Shown here piece after piece: positions 14,619-27,888 of a stretch of DNA of 64,000 nt. The notes below the pieces were generated by a model. It made no database searches, had not been told where the DNA came from, and saw only the letters and a program-made list of their open reading frames with translations. Numbering within the stretch: the stretch's first letter is position 1; every line of letters begins with the position of its first letter. The position numbers were made by a program, and so were the translations under genes. Origin of the DNA: Antedon mediterranea (lineage: Eukaryota > Animalia > Echinodermata); the NCBI RefSeq assembly GCF_964355755.1, contig NC_092670.1:19764795-19828794 (forward strand), read 5' to 3'.

Positions 14619-15465
14619 TAAATTGTGTTTTTTCTACGGTTTATATAAGTAATCGTAAAGTATTTTTCTATGGAATATCCAATCGTTTCAATACCAGTTT
14701 TATTGCCTGATAGGATTAAATTAATCAATGCTGTCGTATCATTCCTGTTACAAACAAATCTGCTGATATTTAAGTTGACCCTACTGAAGAATACGATCAC
14801 AAATTTGATTAACTTCCCTGAAACTAATCAGTATGCTAGCGCCGAGCACGATACCAGACCGGTGTTATGTTACTTGTGTAATTGCGTGTTCAGGCTGGAG
14901 AAGAATTCAATCAGAATTTGAGTTGTTTCAAAAAACAACATGTATTTACTCTACACGTCCATCCAGGATTGTGTGCTATCATAACATAGCCATTAGTAAG
15001 CTAGAAACAAGTAAGGTTGAAGGTAGCTCACTGAGTGAGATTAATACAGCTCAAATGTTCAGCTTTGTCAGTGTACAGTAATTGCAGAGCCAGCAATACA
15101 GCCTGTCTTATTCTCAGCTAATCACACGGCTACAGTAAAAGTCCCTTTGTGTTGTCTACTCACTGACTCGTATAGCCTATACCACACGGAATAATTACTT
15201 ATCCCAATCTGTGATCAGTGTGCAGAGATGATGATGACATAACAGATAGTACCACTGGGGGATGTAGAATATCTCCCTCTCATCAACAATTAAGCTGGTG
15301 CGGTCTTCAAGAGGTCTGTTAATTACGAAGTAATCTGCCTGGCTTTTGATATTCAAATGAAGGTTTTCACATTACTACCACTTTGAGTGGACACAAAGAC
15401 GAGAGATTGAATCACGTTTATTTACACAGACTTCCCTACTGTTTCAACATTGGCGCGTGGTCCTA

Positions 15466-15479
15466 ATTTGCATAACAAT
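15466..15479 (-). promoter_or_regulatory. Sox-POU composite motif ATTGTTATGCAAAT
   Basis: Plus strand ATTTGCATAACAAT = octamer abutting a Sox site in canonical spacing, ~850 bp upstream of the 14618 ATG. Confidence 0.4.
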
Positions 15480-16770
15480 CAAACCTTACAGGAAACACTT
15501 GAGCTGAATGAATAACTACTGATACCTTAACAAAAGGGGTACACATTGTACAGTTTAATAGCCCACTTATACAATGAACAGGGGTATCCCCAATTACCCA
15601 GCCATGGACAAAAACTCATCTGTGACTAATAAACCCTAAAAAGTACAAAAGAGTAACTGTAAATAATAACAAAAAACAGTAACAATAATGTATTGTTGTC
15701 ATTCTACTCAAACTACTGATATTGCATTATCATAACAATTATTATCGTATGTACTTATGAATGTCAACAATTGCACACTGACTGTAATATTATATTATAG
15801 GCAGCTGTAAGAATTTGTTTTTGAATGAATGAAAAAAAGTAAAGAGAAGAACGTTTTGTTATCAAATAATTATAATGTTTGTCATTAATATGAATTGATA
15901 TCCATGTCTAATTATGGAGTTTTTTTCTTTCATGTTTTTAATATTGACCTAAAATACAACCTATTTCTGTCTCTTGAAAGACTTTTTACATAAATTGTCT
16001 GAATAAAACTATTTTACACACAATAACATTACATATTTATTCAACCATTCCTTTAATAAACAATTATTTACCACCTTGAATCTATAAAAAAAAAAGTTGG
16101 TCATTGAAAATCTATGTTTTAACTAATTTTATGATTATGAATTATAATACCAAAGTGAATGGAAACCTTTGATCAAAATCAAAACAATTGTAAGGCCTAG
16201 CATGATAATCAGTGAGTATTCAAGCGTAAACAAATCACACAAATGACCTAGCATAGTATCTATGGTAACTAGTGAAAAACATTGGTCAGAATGAGCAGCT
16301 GGGCTTAACATGTAAGAAATGTCTAATCTGTTTACAATTGAATACAAAAATCGACAAAGAAGAACAGTCAATACTTATATATAAACTGTATATAATCTAT
16401 AACCTCTTGCAGTATAAATAATCAAGAACTAAAAACATGAACAAAAGAGCGACATGAACAAAAGAGCAACATGAATAAGCAAAAATATAAACCTGTGAAA
16501 GGTGTTTGTGCCATTTATTGGAAATGAACCTAATAATTATGAAAGCGTTCAAGTTCAAATCTCACTTTCATCATTTTGGCAGATTTCCATAACTTCAATA
16601 AAAAAAGTGGATATGTCACTGATAAGTCCTTGGAAAACCATAAAAATCATCAATTAATGTATTCTTTATTTAGACATATTGGATTGCCAATAGCAAATTA
16701 TTAAAGTCTGCTGTAACTAATAGGTGAATCCATTCACAAGACAAAATAACACATTCAAGAAGCTGTACAT

Positions 16771-16925
16771 AAACTCTGTCTACACTATCAAACTAGTTTG
16801 ACAAAAAAAGTGTGATGTTCCGAAGTATGGTAGTGATATACCCAAATATGGTAGTGATATTACGTTATCTGATGTCCATATATGGGTATATCACATTTTT
16901 TGTCAAATAAAGTTGGAAGTGTTGA
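16771..16925. mobile_element. Short palindromic MITE, family CTCTGTCTACACTATCAAAC, copy 2
   Basis: Clear alignment to 11558-11693; carries two copies of the internal TATGGTAGTGATAT unit. Confidence 0.8.
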
Positions 16926-17166
16926 TTGTGAAACGATTTGAACCTGGTTCAGTAGCCAATCAACGTAACCACCAACCTTTTCTTCTCAATTATTTATGTA
17001 GATAGAAATGTAAAATATACTAAATACTTTCTTGCTTAATTTACACAAGACATTTTTAATAGATATGTCCGATTTGTGTTGTCTAAACATTTTAATATGA
17101 TTGATTTATTTCATAAATTACAATGACATAAAAGTGATTGAATCTTAATTTAATTGAAATAAATTA

Positions 17167-17352
17167 CAGTCAACTCTCCCAATACCGGACTCTCTGAAAA
17201 CCAGAAACTCTCTCAATACCAGACTTTTTTTGAGGACCAAAAGGTCCCAAATTCATTTTTACCATTAAAAACACATTCCGAATACCAGACTTTCCGGAAA
17301 ACCAGACTTATTTGGCCGGCCCAAAGGTGTCCGGTATTGGGAGAGTTGACTG
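17167..17352. mobile_element. Tc1/mariner (pogo/Tigger-type) MITE, 186 bp
   Basis: Perfect 24-bp TIR CAGTCAACTCTCCCAATACCGGAC, TA on both sides (17165-17166, 17353-17354), internal repeats of AATACCRGAC/AAAACCAGA. Confidence 0.95.
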
Positions 17353-20046
17353 TATATGGAATTTGAAAATAAAATTGATAAGGATGAAGGTTAATTGAAA
17401 TAAATTGCAGAGAACTTTAGGAATTCAAAATATTGCTATGCTTGTTTAAACATTATTAATTCTAAAAAGCATAGGTTGAATACCAAACATGCAATCATGT
17501 ACAGAGTAAAACCATATCAAATGTGATTGATTATATGGAGCATGCTCAGTGTGAGCTTGTCCTATGCAAATTTAGAGGGGGAAATGAGAGGATGAAAATA
17601 AGGAAGATAAAGAGGATAAAGAAAACATGAAAAGAGGAGGAGGAAAAAGATGAAAGAGATGTCCATAACAAATAAGATAGAGAGAGTCCATGATTAGTAG
17701 GAAGATTACCATAAGATGACAATAAGAAAGGAAGAAAATAAATGAATCTAAATGTATTGCAGTTGAAATTCAGTTATTTTAACCTTTAGGCTTATTTAAT
17801 TACCTAGAAGACATTAGTACTTTTTAAGTTGACTGATTTCCTATTTAACATTTACTACCTTCTCAATAGAGAAAGTAAAACTGCATTAGGAAAATTAAAT
17901 TTATCCATCTTTTGCGACAAAATTATACAATTTTTTATAAAACGTGTAATTGGTTTGAAATTGCATGACGTGACGATGATGCAAATTCATTTTTTAATAG
18001 GCTTATAACAAATTGGTTTGTGAACTACATAATTATTGAATATTGAATGTGTTGATACATTTTTGCTTTGAATATGTTATCTTCTAGTGACTTGGATGTG
18101 GAATAATTATACATAAAACAAATATTAACAACCTAGAAATTACAGTATCTTGAGACTAATTTTGGATCAGGCATGAACAATAAAAATGGTGGCGGGCTTC
18201 CACTCAAATCTAAGGATTAAGTTCAACATAGTTTTTATCATCTAGTAAGATGAGTAGGGGCAGGATAAAGAATTATAAAATGGGTGAGCTCCACCTTGTA
18301 AATGTCTATGGATTTACATACTATTTTAACTTACATAAGCTAAGATTTTAATTGACAAGGAAGACAGTTTTCAAGAACATAGTCTAAGTATCATTAGTTA
18401 GACATTGTAGGTAAATGTCAAAAATGCCAAACAGAGATTCTGTTTATAATGCCTGTAATCAATACATGTCATGAGATAATACTACGGATTTAAAAAATAA
18501 TCCAAATTAAAATCAAACATTATCCATAATGCTTGTCACCATACATCATCATTTTGTATATGAGACTCCTTGAAAACTCTTCAGCTTAAAATGCCTAAAT
18601 TACTCTATTATTAAGAAAAAATTTGGAAAACCAGACATTTTTTGTCGTGGTTTTAGGAGATTTGGTTATCGCAAGTCTTTTGTTTCGGTACCATAGAACA
18701 AATTTCTAATTTTTACCAAATACAATCCCGATATATAATCTACCATATCATTCTGTCTACAGTACTTTCCCAAAATGAAGGCTTGTATCTGTGTATGTAC
18801 AATACTTGTGATGGAAAAGATGACACACCTTTTCTTAGCAAGATAATGGAATAATGTTTATTAGAGATCAAAATAAAAAGAGATTATGATCATTAAAATG
18901 ATTGAACATCAAGCTTGACACATGTTAAAAGATTAGCCGACCTTTAAAAGGTACTACAGGATAGACAATATCAAGACTGCTTTACGTATCAAAATCTTTT
19001 GTCCAATTATCAATTATGTAAATCACTACTTTGTGTACAATTTCTATGGTTGATTGTTGATGATAAAGACTTCATCTTCATTATCATTTACTTTTCTAGA
19101 ATTTCAAGTAATAGTTTCATTACTGGTAATAAATCTTATCTGCTCTATTTAACGCCTCATCTTTCCAATCATCAATATTCTTAATTAAAATACACTATGA
19201 TGCTGTCAACAAAGAATATAGTGCATTGCCAAGGAGCTGTCAATTTGGAGTTCAAAGGTTACCACTAACTTCTGCTGAATAAACAGTTTACATTATCTTT
19301 GATAAATTTTATATTTAGCATATTCTATAGATTAGTAGCTTAATAATGATAATATATATCATCAAGGGCAGATCCATCTCAACTCCACACATCCCATTCC
19401 ACCCCCTCTAATTTGGAAAATGACTGTGCAAAAGATAGGACAAATAGTTAAGATTAGCACTTTTTTCAAATTGAAATACTTTCTGGGAAATAAAACATTT
19501 TGGAGTACTACAGCTCAGTGTTGTCTGGTTATGAGAAATACTATAAAAAACATTTTGAGATTGAGATTTATGAGACTTTCTTGTGAATAGTAATTTATGA
19601 AGTTATAGTTACATCTCTGATTACTCTCTGTTCAATGAATGAATTTGCTTTACATTATGCATTTAAGTTATGTTATAATTGATATAAAAAAAATTCTAAA
19701 AAAAAACGTTTTTTTGTGTACTTTTGAACTATTTTGATTAAATTTGACATTTTAAATATCAGTACATTCACTGCCTGCTGCGATGTCATAGCATAGAGCC
19801 ATGAAGTGTCATCAAGTCAGATAATACACTATAGCTTTTTCTTATATAAAGGTTATGTAATACTGAATTGCTTTTATTTACTACCATTCATGTTATTGTG
19901 GAAGCAATACATAAGTGATGAATTTGATGAAAGAGCGTAATATATTAATATAGACTCTTAAAGCACACAGATATTATAATTTATCTCCATGGTTAGAGTT
20001 TTAACAATCAGTTCAACCTGAATGGAGATGACAATTATGTCTCATT

Positions 20047-20857
20047 GGGCCTGTTTCTGCTGCAACTGCTCAAAATACGGTATAAAAATACGGTATTTTT
20101 TATACCGTATTTTTTAGTACCCCGTTTCTGCTAACAATACTTCTTGGGTGGTCGTGTTAAATTTCATCTTTTTTACCCAAATTGCCATTCATTTATTTGA
20201 TCGATAATTAAAAGTCGCAATAAAGGAAGTTTTACGTCTCACTTTCAACAGCCTAGCTCTAGTGATAGAGATGTTGTGAGAGCACAGAAACATCGTAATG
20301 GGGACAATTAATTCGTTCCCTCCCCGAGTTATTGTATTTTGCAATGTTGTACTGCTTTCGCAGGCTCTTCAGCTTTGAGTTTACTTGCTTTGGAGACAAG
20401 TCTATTCCATACTCCTGCTTTTTTATTTTAGAAATGTCTTTATAAATGTGGTTGTCCCTTTTATTACCTTTTAGTTGGCCAGACATTTTAGCTTCCCCAC
20501 ACAAATTTATTTAGTAAAACTGTGACGTCTTCGCTCCACATTTTCGCCGAATATATATATACACGCGTGTAAAACAGCTGACAGCGACAGAAAATAAAAA
20601 CACGAATGTTGACCTTTTGTCATGTAAAAAAAAAAATACGGTATTTTTTATTGGCAGCAGAAACGGGTACAAAAAATACGGTATAAATTTGTAAATACCG
20701 TATTTTATCCACAAATTTTGTGGGGAAAATACGGTATACAAAATACGGTATATTTTTTATTAGCGCAGTTTCTGCTGCCAAAAATATACCGTATATATAC
20801 GGTATTCAAAAAATACCGTATAATATACGGTATTTAGTTGGCAGCAGAAACAGGGCC
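20047..20857 (-). mobile_element. Non-autonomous PIF/Harbinger-derived element, copy 1 (811 bp)
   Basis: TIR GGGCCTGTTTCTGCTGC-AACT / AGTTGGCAGCAGAAACAGGGCC; flanks att/ata; many ATACGGTAT subterminal motifs; internal Myb/SANT-like relic; near-identical to 27889-28710. Confidence 0.9.
20259..20541 (-). pseudogene. Frameshifted Myb/SANT-like (trihelix-type) DNA-binding domain of Harbinger origin
   Basis: MWSEDVTVLL-(frameshift)-CGEAKMSGQLKGNKRDNHIYKDISKIKKQEYGIDLSPKQVNSKLKSLRKQY...SGRERINCPHYD matches the WS..E..LL..W/.N..IY..IS/Q...K.K.L...Y/SG..R..CP.YD pattern. Confidence 0.8.
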
Positions 20858-21382
20858 ATACAGTGAATCCTAATGTTTACCACCTATCACTAAACAAACA
20901 TTTATCCCCACTGAAACATTGTATCATACATACAACAAAAGCAACCACAGGAAAAGCAAATAATCTCTATGTAACAACAAATATAACTGAAGTTAAAAAC
21001 AAACATTACAAAGGTATTAAATCTTTTTTTTCTCTGTCATCTAACACAACTTCAATCCCATCCAACAAAATTGAATGAATTTCAGACTCAAATGATGTAT
21101 TTGTCACAATAGAAAGCAATTCACAAAGGTCTCATCTTTCTTCAGGATGTCCTTTTCCATTTAATTGATTTTCTTGCAATGTTTTTGATTGAATTTTCCA
21201 GACCAAAATATCAAATATTGATTCACAATTCTGAATAAAGAAAAATCTCATCTGTATAAACCTCTGTCTGTTATTGGTGTTAACACAATACCTTTTTGAA
21301 TTTTGAAAAATGAATTTTTTTTATATTACGTTTTAGAATTTGCATTGTATTTTCCCAGATCACACTTTCTTTAAAATTCTGA

Positions 21383-21412
21383 TTTCTATCATAGAGATAT
21401 TATAGTTTCTAT
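21383..21412. mobile_element. One-armed P-like footprint (CATAGAG family)
   Basis: TTTCTAT + CATAGAGATATTATAG (21390-21405) + TTTCTAT; left arm begins like the 9584 arm (CATAGAGATATT). Confidence 0.45.
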
Positions 21413-21721
21413 TAAATGTCGTGGAACTTATTCACATTCTTTTTTCCTGTGAGGCTGCTATAAAATCAATTTTCACTGTCAGTAAAGTTTTGTTTGTTTT
21501 TACAGAAAAATATTATATTAAAAAAGGAGAAAAACTTGAGTGTTATCTTTTATTAGGAAATGGTAAAATAATGAGTTTAATAGAATAGATAGGATTTTTT
21601 TCAAAATTTCAATATGTTTTCTTGTTCATTAATTTTAAAATAATATATAATTAATAAAGAACTGGGAAAATGGAAACTAAAGAAATATTATTATTATTAT
21701 TGTTTATTATCTTTAGACTAT

Positions 21722-22443
21722 GGGCCTGTTCGTAGGGGTTGAAAATACCAGCTTATTCCCGATTTCCGTTCGCGTGGCCCAATTAACTTTTGCCTCAGGC
21801 TACAAAAAATTCGAGGTAAAATGTTCACCAAATTTGCAGGTTATTTCAGCGATAATCCAATTATACTCGGCCTTCGAGGATAATAAATCTCCGATAGAGG
21901 CAATGTGTCAAATTTTGACAAACGTTCGCTGCCTAGGCCCGTCATTTCTCCTACGAAGCTCTTCCATACACGCTTCGAGAGCGATCGTCAGCTGGTGCTG
22001 TCCTTGTTGGTGTAGACCGTTTAGGAATACACCCCGTTTAGGAATACACCCCGTTTAGTAGTAGGCCTAGCTGGTCGGTGGTGTTTCCGTCAAATTCTTC
22101 GCCAATGAGTAAAATAATGGTCGTCAGGAGAAGGCATATTTCGGCAGGATTATCGGCGTTAAGAGGCATAAGGTTTGTCGCAAGGATAAGCAGTGTAAAA
22201 GGTAGCAAGTAATTGTTATTGTAAAGAAAGATCGCGAGTAAAAAATATACAACACGAAACTAGCGTGCGAAAATGGGGTCGTAGGTTGTAAAGACAACTG
22301 ACCTTAAAACGTAATTTCCGGTTTGTGATTCGTCGATTAAGCATTTAAGCGGTTAAATATTTCAAGTACGAACAACGCTCAATTTATAACCCGAGGCATG
22401 GGTGAAATTAAGCGCTTATTTTAACCACCGTACGAACACGACC
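21722..22443. mobile_element. Second non-autonomous PIF/Harbinger-like element (722 bp)
   Basis: Imperfect ~33-bp TIR GGGCCTGTTCGTAGGGGTTGAAAATA...GCTTA / TAAGCGCTTATTTTAACCACCGTACGAACACGACC; 3-bp TSD TAT/TAT; CpG-rich interior with a 17-bp tandem duplication at ~22017-22058. Confidence 0.8.
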
Positions 22444-23860
22444 TATGTTTTCATTATTGATTTTTATCTACGGTTATACTGTCATTCAAAAATATTAAAA
22501 TAAATATGATTTAAACCCTCTTTTAGGAGTAGCCTTATAAACTGGGCCACATAACATTGTGTCATAGTTATTATGAATAGATGACAATGACATGCCCGAT
22601 GACCCTGAACTATTGCTTCACTGCCCTGGTATCTATGGTTACTGTAATGAAACCTCATTCGCAGTGTCTTTCAAGTATGCACAGAGAATCTGAATAAACA
22701 AATCCATCTGACTGAAAATGTTAATGCAAACAAAGTATCCTCCTCATGAATATTCAATAAGTTTAATCAGCCAATTTAAATAATTATTTCATCCATGAGG
22801 GTTATTTATCAATCAATACAACATATTTAACTTTGTCCAACATTTCAATGATCAGCACCAATCTAATAAATCTGTTTTGAATATACTGTACTTGTGTACT
22901 ACTACTAGTGTTGTAATGTGGATTTTGCTTTCTTCTTATGTTTTTAGCATCAAATTCAAACATTATATTGCAAAAGAAAAAATAAAATAAACCACGCCTT
23001 CAAAACATTTCCTTCCCTGTCAAGGAATTAATATTTAATGGAAATTTTATAGTCAGGTTCAAAAGTGCATTCACACACTGTCAGTGTAACAAAAGTTCCT
23101 GTCCGAGATTTGCATAGGCTAGCCTACATACAGTATCTCCTTTAAACGTCAGGTGGACATGGTGAACAATTATCACCCACACCTACAATAAATGTTATAT
23201 TAGGTCCAGGCTAGGAAAATGTCTAGTAAGGAAACATAATTAAATGTACATAGACAAATAAATCCACTCTAGCAAAGTTACTGTCCATCAACAAACATGA
23301 TGACATTGCCAATTAGGACTAAAATTACTTGACCATGCCATGTGCTAAACGAATAAACGACAACATGCGTCACACTTTTGGATAAATGACCTAGCCTACA
23401 ATGGTAATCAAAAATAGATCTTTTTAGAAAATCAAACTCATTAATGGATTACTCATACAAATATTGACCACATCATCACATTATCAATTATTAAAATCTT
23501 ACCGATAAAAATACAACTGGCATCTTTGATGAGGATTTGACCCAAGGGTTGACCTGTGAGATGATATTCATTTTCCAGTATAGTCCAAGGCTGTTTTTCT
23601 TTTTTCTTACACTGATTTACTGAATAGGAGATTGCCTCCCTTATCAGAGGAACTTAATTTTCCAATATTTGAACCACTGATAAAAAGATTGTTCTGGCTT
23701 AGATCTCCTTTAGAGCAAACAAGCTTATGAGAACTCCTCAATTATATCCACTAAATATTCAATGACGTAAAATCTTGTGCAAAAAAGATTACAATTTTCA
23801 GCATGAACAAGTTGTTTTTAAAACTTCTCACTTCACTAATTTGGAGAAGAAGGTCGTTGT

Positions 23861-23986
23861 CATTTAGCAGAACCAATCACATTGCTTGAAAACTTACTCA
23901 CTTGGTCACATGATATCGTTGGGGATCAAGTTTGATGGTTGCTCCTCAGTAATTTGAGCCAAGTGGTTAGTGATTGGTGCTAAATG
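23861..23986. repeat. Imperfect fold-back (inverted repeat), 126 bp
   Basis: CATTTAGCA(GA)ACCAATCAC pairs with GTGATTGGTGCTAAATG; inner CACTTGG-TCA pairs with TGAGCCAAGTG. Confidence 0.55.
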
Positions 23987-24576
23987 GAATTTGAGAACAG
24001 CAGGGAATTTGGATAAATTTCTATTATACATTCTTTGTTGTTTAGTAGTTAGTTTTGGTTGAAAATTTTTTTTTATGAAAGAAAGTTATAAATAAATTAA
24101 AGACACCAATCAAGTGTTGTATCTGTTTTAAAGTTAAGTTGCTATTATTTTTATAATTATTATTAACAAATAACATCATTGCAGTTCAAACAATTAATTT
24201 TTTTTTTTAATGTTTAAATATACAGTAGTACAGTATAGAGTTTGATTATTCATTTGTTTTTACAACTTATAGTATTATATATAAAAGTTACATATCTACC
24301 TGGGTGTGATAGATAAAAAGACAAAATATATAAAGTCAATAAAACTTAATGAAACAGGAGCAAATGCAAGATGGAGATTTTAAAAATAAATTATTTTCTA
24401 AAATATCAATAAAATAATAGAATTATCAGGGTAATTATATTTATTGAAAGATTTAAATTTATTTCCTAAAGACAATACAAAACATGCACAGCAAATTTGT
24501 CTTATAATACAGTGGGCTCTTCACTTACAGCAAGAATATGCCCTAGGCATGATTGACTGAAATTGAAATTAACAAA

Positions 24577-25060
24577 GGGCCTGTTTCTGCTAACTACGGT
24601 ATAAAATACGGTATTTTTTATACCGTATTTTTTAGTACCCCTTTTCTGCTAACAATACTTCTTGGGTGGTCGTGTTAAATTTCATCCTTTTTACCCAAAT
24701 TGCCATTCATTTATTTGGTCGATAATTAAAAGTCGCAATAAAAGAAGTTTTACGTCTCACTTTCAACAGCCTAGCCCTAGTGATAGAGATGTTGTGATAG
24801 CACAGAAACATCGTAATGGGGACAAGTAATTCGTTCCCTCCCCGAGGCTCTTCAGCTTTGAATTTACTTGCTTGGAGACAAGTCTTCGTACTCCTGCTGC
24901 TTTATTTTTTTTTAGAAATGTCTTTATAAATGTGGTTGTCCCTTTTATTACCGGACATCACCACCCCCTCCTTCCCCACCACCTCTTTCCCCACACAGAT
25001 TTATAGAGTAAATACTGTGACGTCTTCGCTCCACATTTTCTTGGCAGCAGAAACAGGGCC
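24577..25060 (-). mobile_element. Internally deleted copy 2 of the Harbinger-derived element (484 bp)
   Basis: Same termini, TSD AAA/AAA; lacks most of the right subterminal array and part of the Myb relic; has a C-rich insertion at ~24951-25000. Confidence 0.9.
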
Positions 25061-27001
25061 AAAGAGAAAAGACATATTATTAGAGTAATAGTATAAAATG
25101 TTATAATCAAGACTTTAAAACAACTATTATCTGATTGAATAAAACAAAATTATCATTGACGCACGAAAACTAACTGGAGGCTCGTTGAGATTGTTACAAA
25201 CGGGATTAAACTAAACTGAAGAGTAACACCACAAAACAACTACTGCTATTAGTCAAGGATGATCAATATTGATTTCAAAATAGCATTGATGCTCAGTTTT
25301 CACAAAACTACAGGGAACTAGGGCTCTGTTGTTCATCCCCAGGCCTTCCCTGTCACGTTTATGCTACAGTGTTTATAGACAAAATTTAATGAAGCGAAAT
25401 AAGACAAAAATTAAGTCCTTAGGACAAAGCAATTTGGTGAGAATGCTGGAATCTGATAGAGTTTATCTGCTTAACTAGTTAAGATTAATCCAAAGACAGT
25501 TCCGTCGTCGACAGCCAATTTGGCAAGAAAAAATGCTTGCAACAGTACAATGCTAATAGAATTAATAGAATCTGATAAATTGTTCTTCTGTAACCTTTGA
25601 AGATGGTATATGTTATGTGTTTCTTTATTCATCCTATAAAATATTTATATACTGTACATATACCATACCATGGAGATTTACATCTTCTGCATGCTATCCA
25701 TGTATGCCTGTCAATTTATACATACACAATAATATAGCAATTTGCTTTCTTTAAGTCAGAAGACTATTTGAAAGAATTTATTTCATGGAGATAGGAAATT
25801 TGCCCCTGAGAATTAGTAATACAAGTTGACATCCTGTGCTGTCAGTAATTGACATATAACAAACAATACTAATTGGAAGCTATCTAGAAATACACCTAGT
25901 ACATGCCAGTTACATTAGGTCTTCAAATAGCTTTGCTATGGGGCGCCAAGTGCAAACAAATTATATTGCATATTGAAATAAATATATCATGGTATGAGAC
26001 GCCATGTGTAGATAATTTAACTGCGTCGTATATTTTATATAGGTACAAATTCTCAGTATCTAAGTCTGCAAATTGTGGAAGTCTTGTTGGAAGTGGAAGT
26101 GTCAACAACTTTTCAATGAACATTTTTCTAATGTTTTTCAATTACTGAGCTTAGAAAAAAAATTGTTTTTCTAAAAAGCCTGAATTTAAACAAGATATAT
26201 ATTTAATTTCAATTCACATTTTCAGTTACAAGTTACCATCAGCAACAACTGATTGATGCAGATGAGTTAATATTCTAATAATAAATTGCAAATCAAAATC
26301 AGAAAGACCAAGTTCTCTAATTCAGTCGAATTTAATATCTGTATGATTTACAATAAATCCACTTCACAGAGTTCTTCAAAAACAGATTTTCAATCAAGTG
26401 CTCAAAATTGCTTTCTGATGCTCTTTTGAATTACTTTTTAAGTATGGCACATACATTTTTTTAGATAATTTTGATATCATATACTTTAATGGGAAATGTG
26501 TGACGCAACTAGAATTCCGTGAACTTTCAATCGAAAGGTTGTTGGTGTTAAAATTAAAGCAGAAATGTAACACAAGAAAACACATCATAACTTTGTACGC
26601 CTTTATCCAGAGGAAACACATGATTGAGTGGGTATAATAATAGTACTCAAGTACTGTGTAGTGAATCAAGTAGTTGGTACACATGAGCACCAATAGGTAC
26701 AGATAAGTGTAGTAAAACCTGTTCGTTAAATTTCTTTTTTGCAAAATAATTAATTTGATAACAAATGGTCTATGGAAACATATCCACTTCAAAATGTGAA
26801 GAAAAATAGTAGATTAGCCACAATAATCTAGTCAATTATATCAATGGTTGGAAATTGACAATTTTCAGTTTTTTACAAGCTCATTAAATATTCATTCATT
26901 CAAGCGCAAAGTCCAAATACTATTATGTCCGTGCTAAGTGAATGTTTTAAAGAAATAATCAAGCAACTCAGAAAACAGGAAGACCTGTGTAACTGCCGGC
27001 C

Positions 27002-27040
27002 GTCTACACTATCAAACTTTATGTGACAAAACAATGTGAT
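27002..27040. mobile_element. Terminal fragment of the GTCTACACTATCAAAC MITE family
   Basis: GTCTACACTATCAAACTTTATGTGACAAAACAATGTGAT matches the family end. Confidence 0.65.
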
Positions 27041-27888
27041 TTTTCAATCTTGTAGGTATAATCTTCGGTCTAATATTAAATACTAGTAATTTTCTCATGA
27101 AAAAGCTTGCACGCCACTCCCTAACACATAAAGAAAGTCTGTATGGCTAGCTCTCATCCTGTAAAAGCAAATAAAAATTGTTTCTTACTTGCTGATTTTC
27201 TCTTATTTTTCTTTTTGTCATGTACATTTTTACTTGTTTCCCTCATTCTTACATTTTATAAATTTTTTTATTGGAAAATATATTGTTATGTGGTATTTCA
27301 TCTCTAAAAGCTGTTAATGTTTTAACATGTATTTATTAGCATATTGCAGTTACTACAGAAATACTTCTGCAATGACAGCTTCAAGTGACACTAAAAGTAA
27401 TCAACATGATTAGCGTTCAAATAATTATTTGCTTTTAAACCAGAGCAATCATCTTCATGGCCTCTTTTCCTCTTGTAATGAGATGAAAATAAATTTATGT
27501 GCTCTGAAGTGATTTTCTAGAACATGTTTTTTTCAGAACGCCGTGTCATTGACTTTAATGTATTGTAATGAAGAGTTTTCTTTGGGAAAAATATCCATTA
27601 ATCTTGATGAATTGTAAGCGTGTTAATGGCCTTTCTTGTAGTTTTAATTTCCGTAGAGATCCTACGGTACTTTAGGACACTTGTGAAAGCGAAATGTGGT
27701 AAATATTCGTCAATGGCATACTTCAGTGTAACAATGATTACAGAATTGCTGTGTAGTTCAACAGTGTCTTCAATAAATATATGATAATATTGTGGTATCT
27801 TGGTAAACAATATACAACATTAAAACATTGCAAATGATTTTTTTTATTTATTGTTTGCTTTATCAATATTTGTGAATTATTCATCACT

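Noticed and set aside
26394-26792. Longest ORF in the track (132 aa)
   Set aside because: Composition reflects AT-rich DNA, no domain, candidate donors are phase 2.
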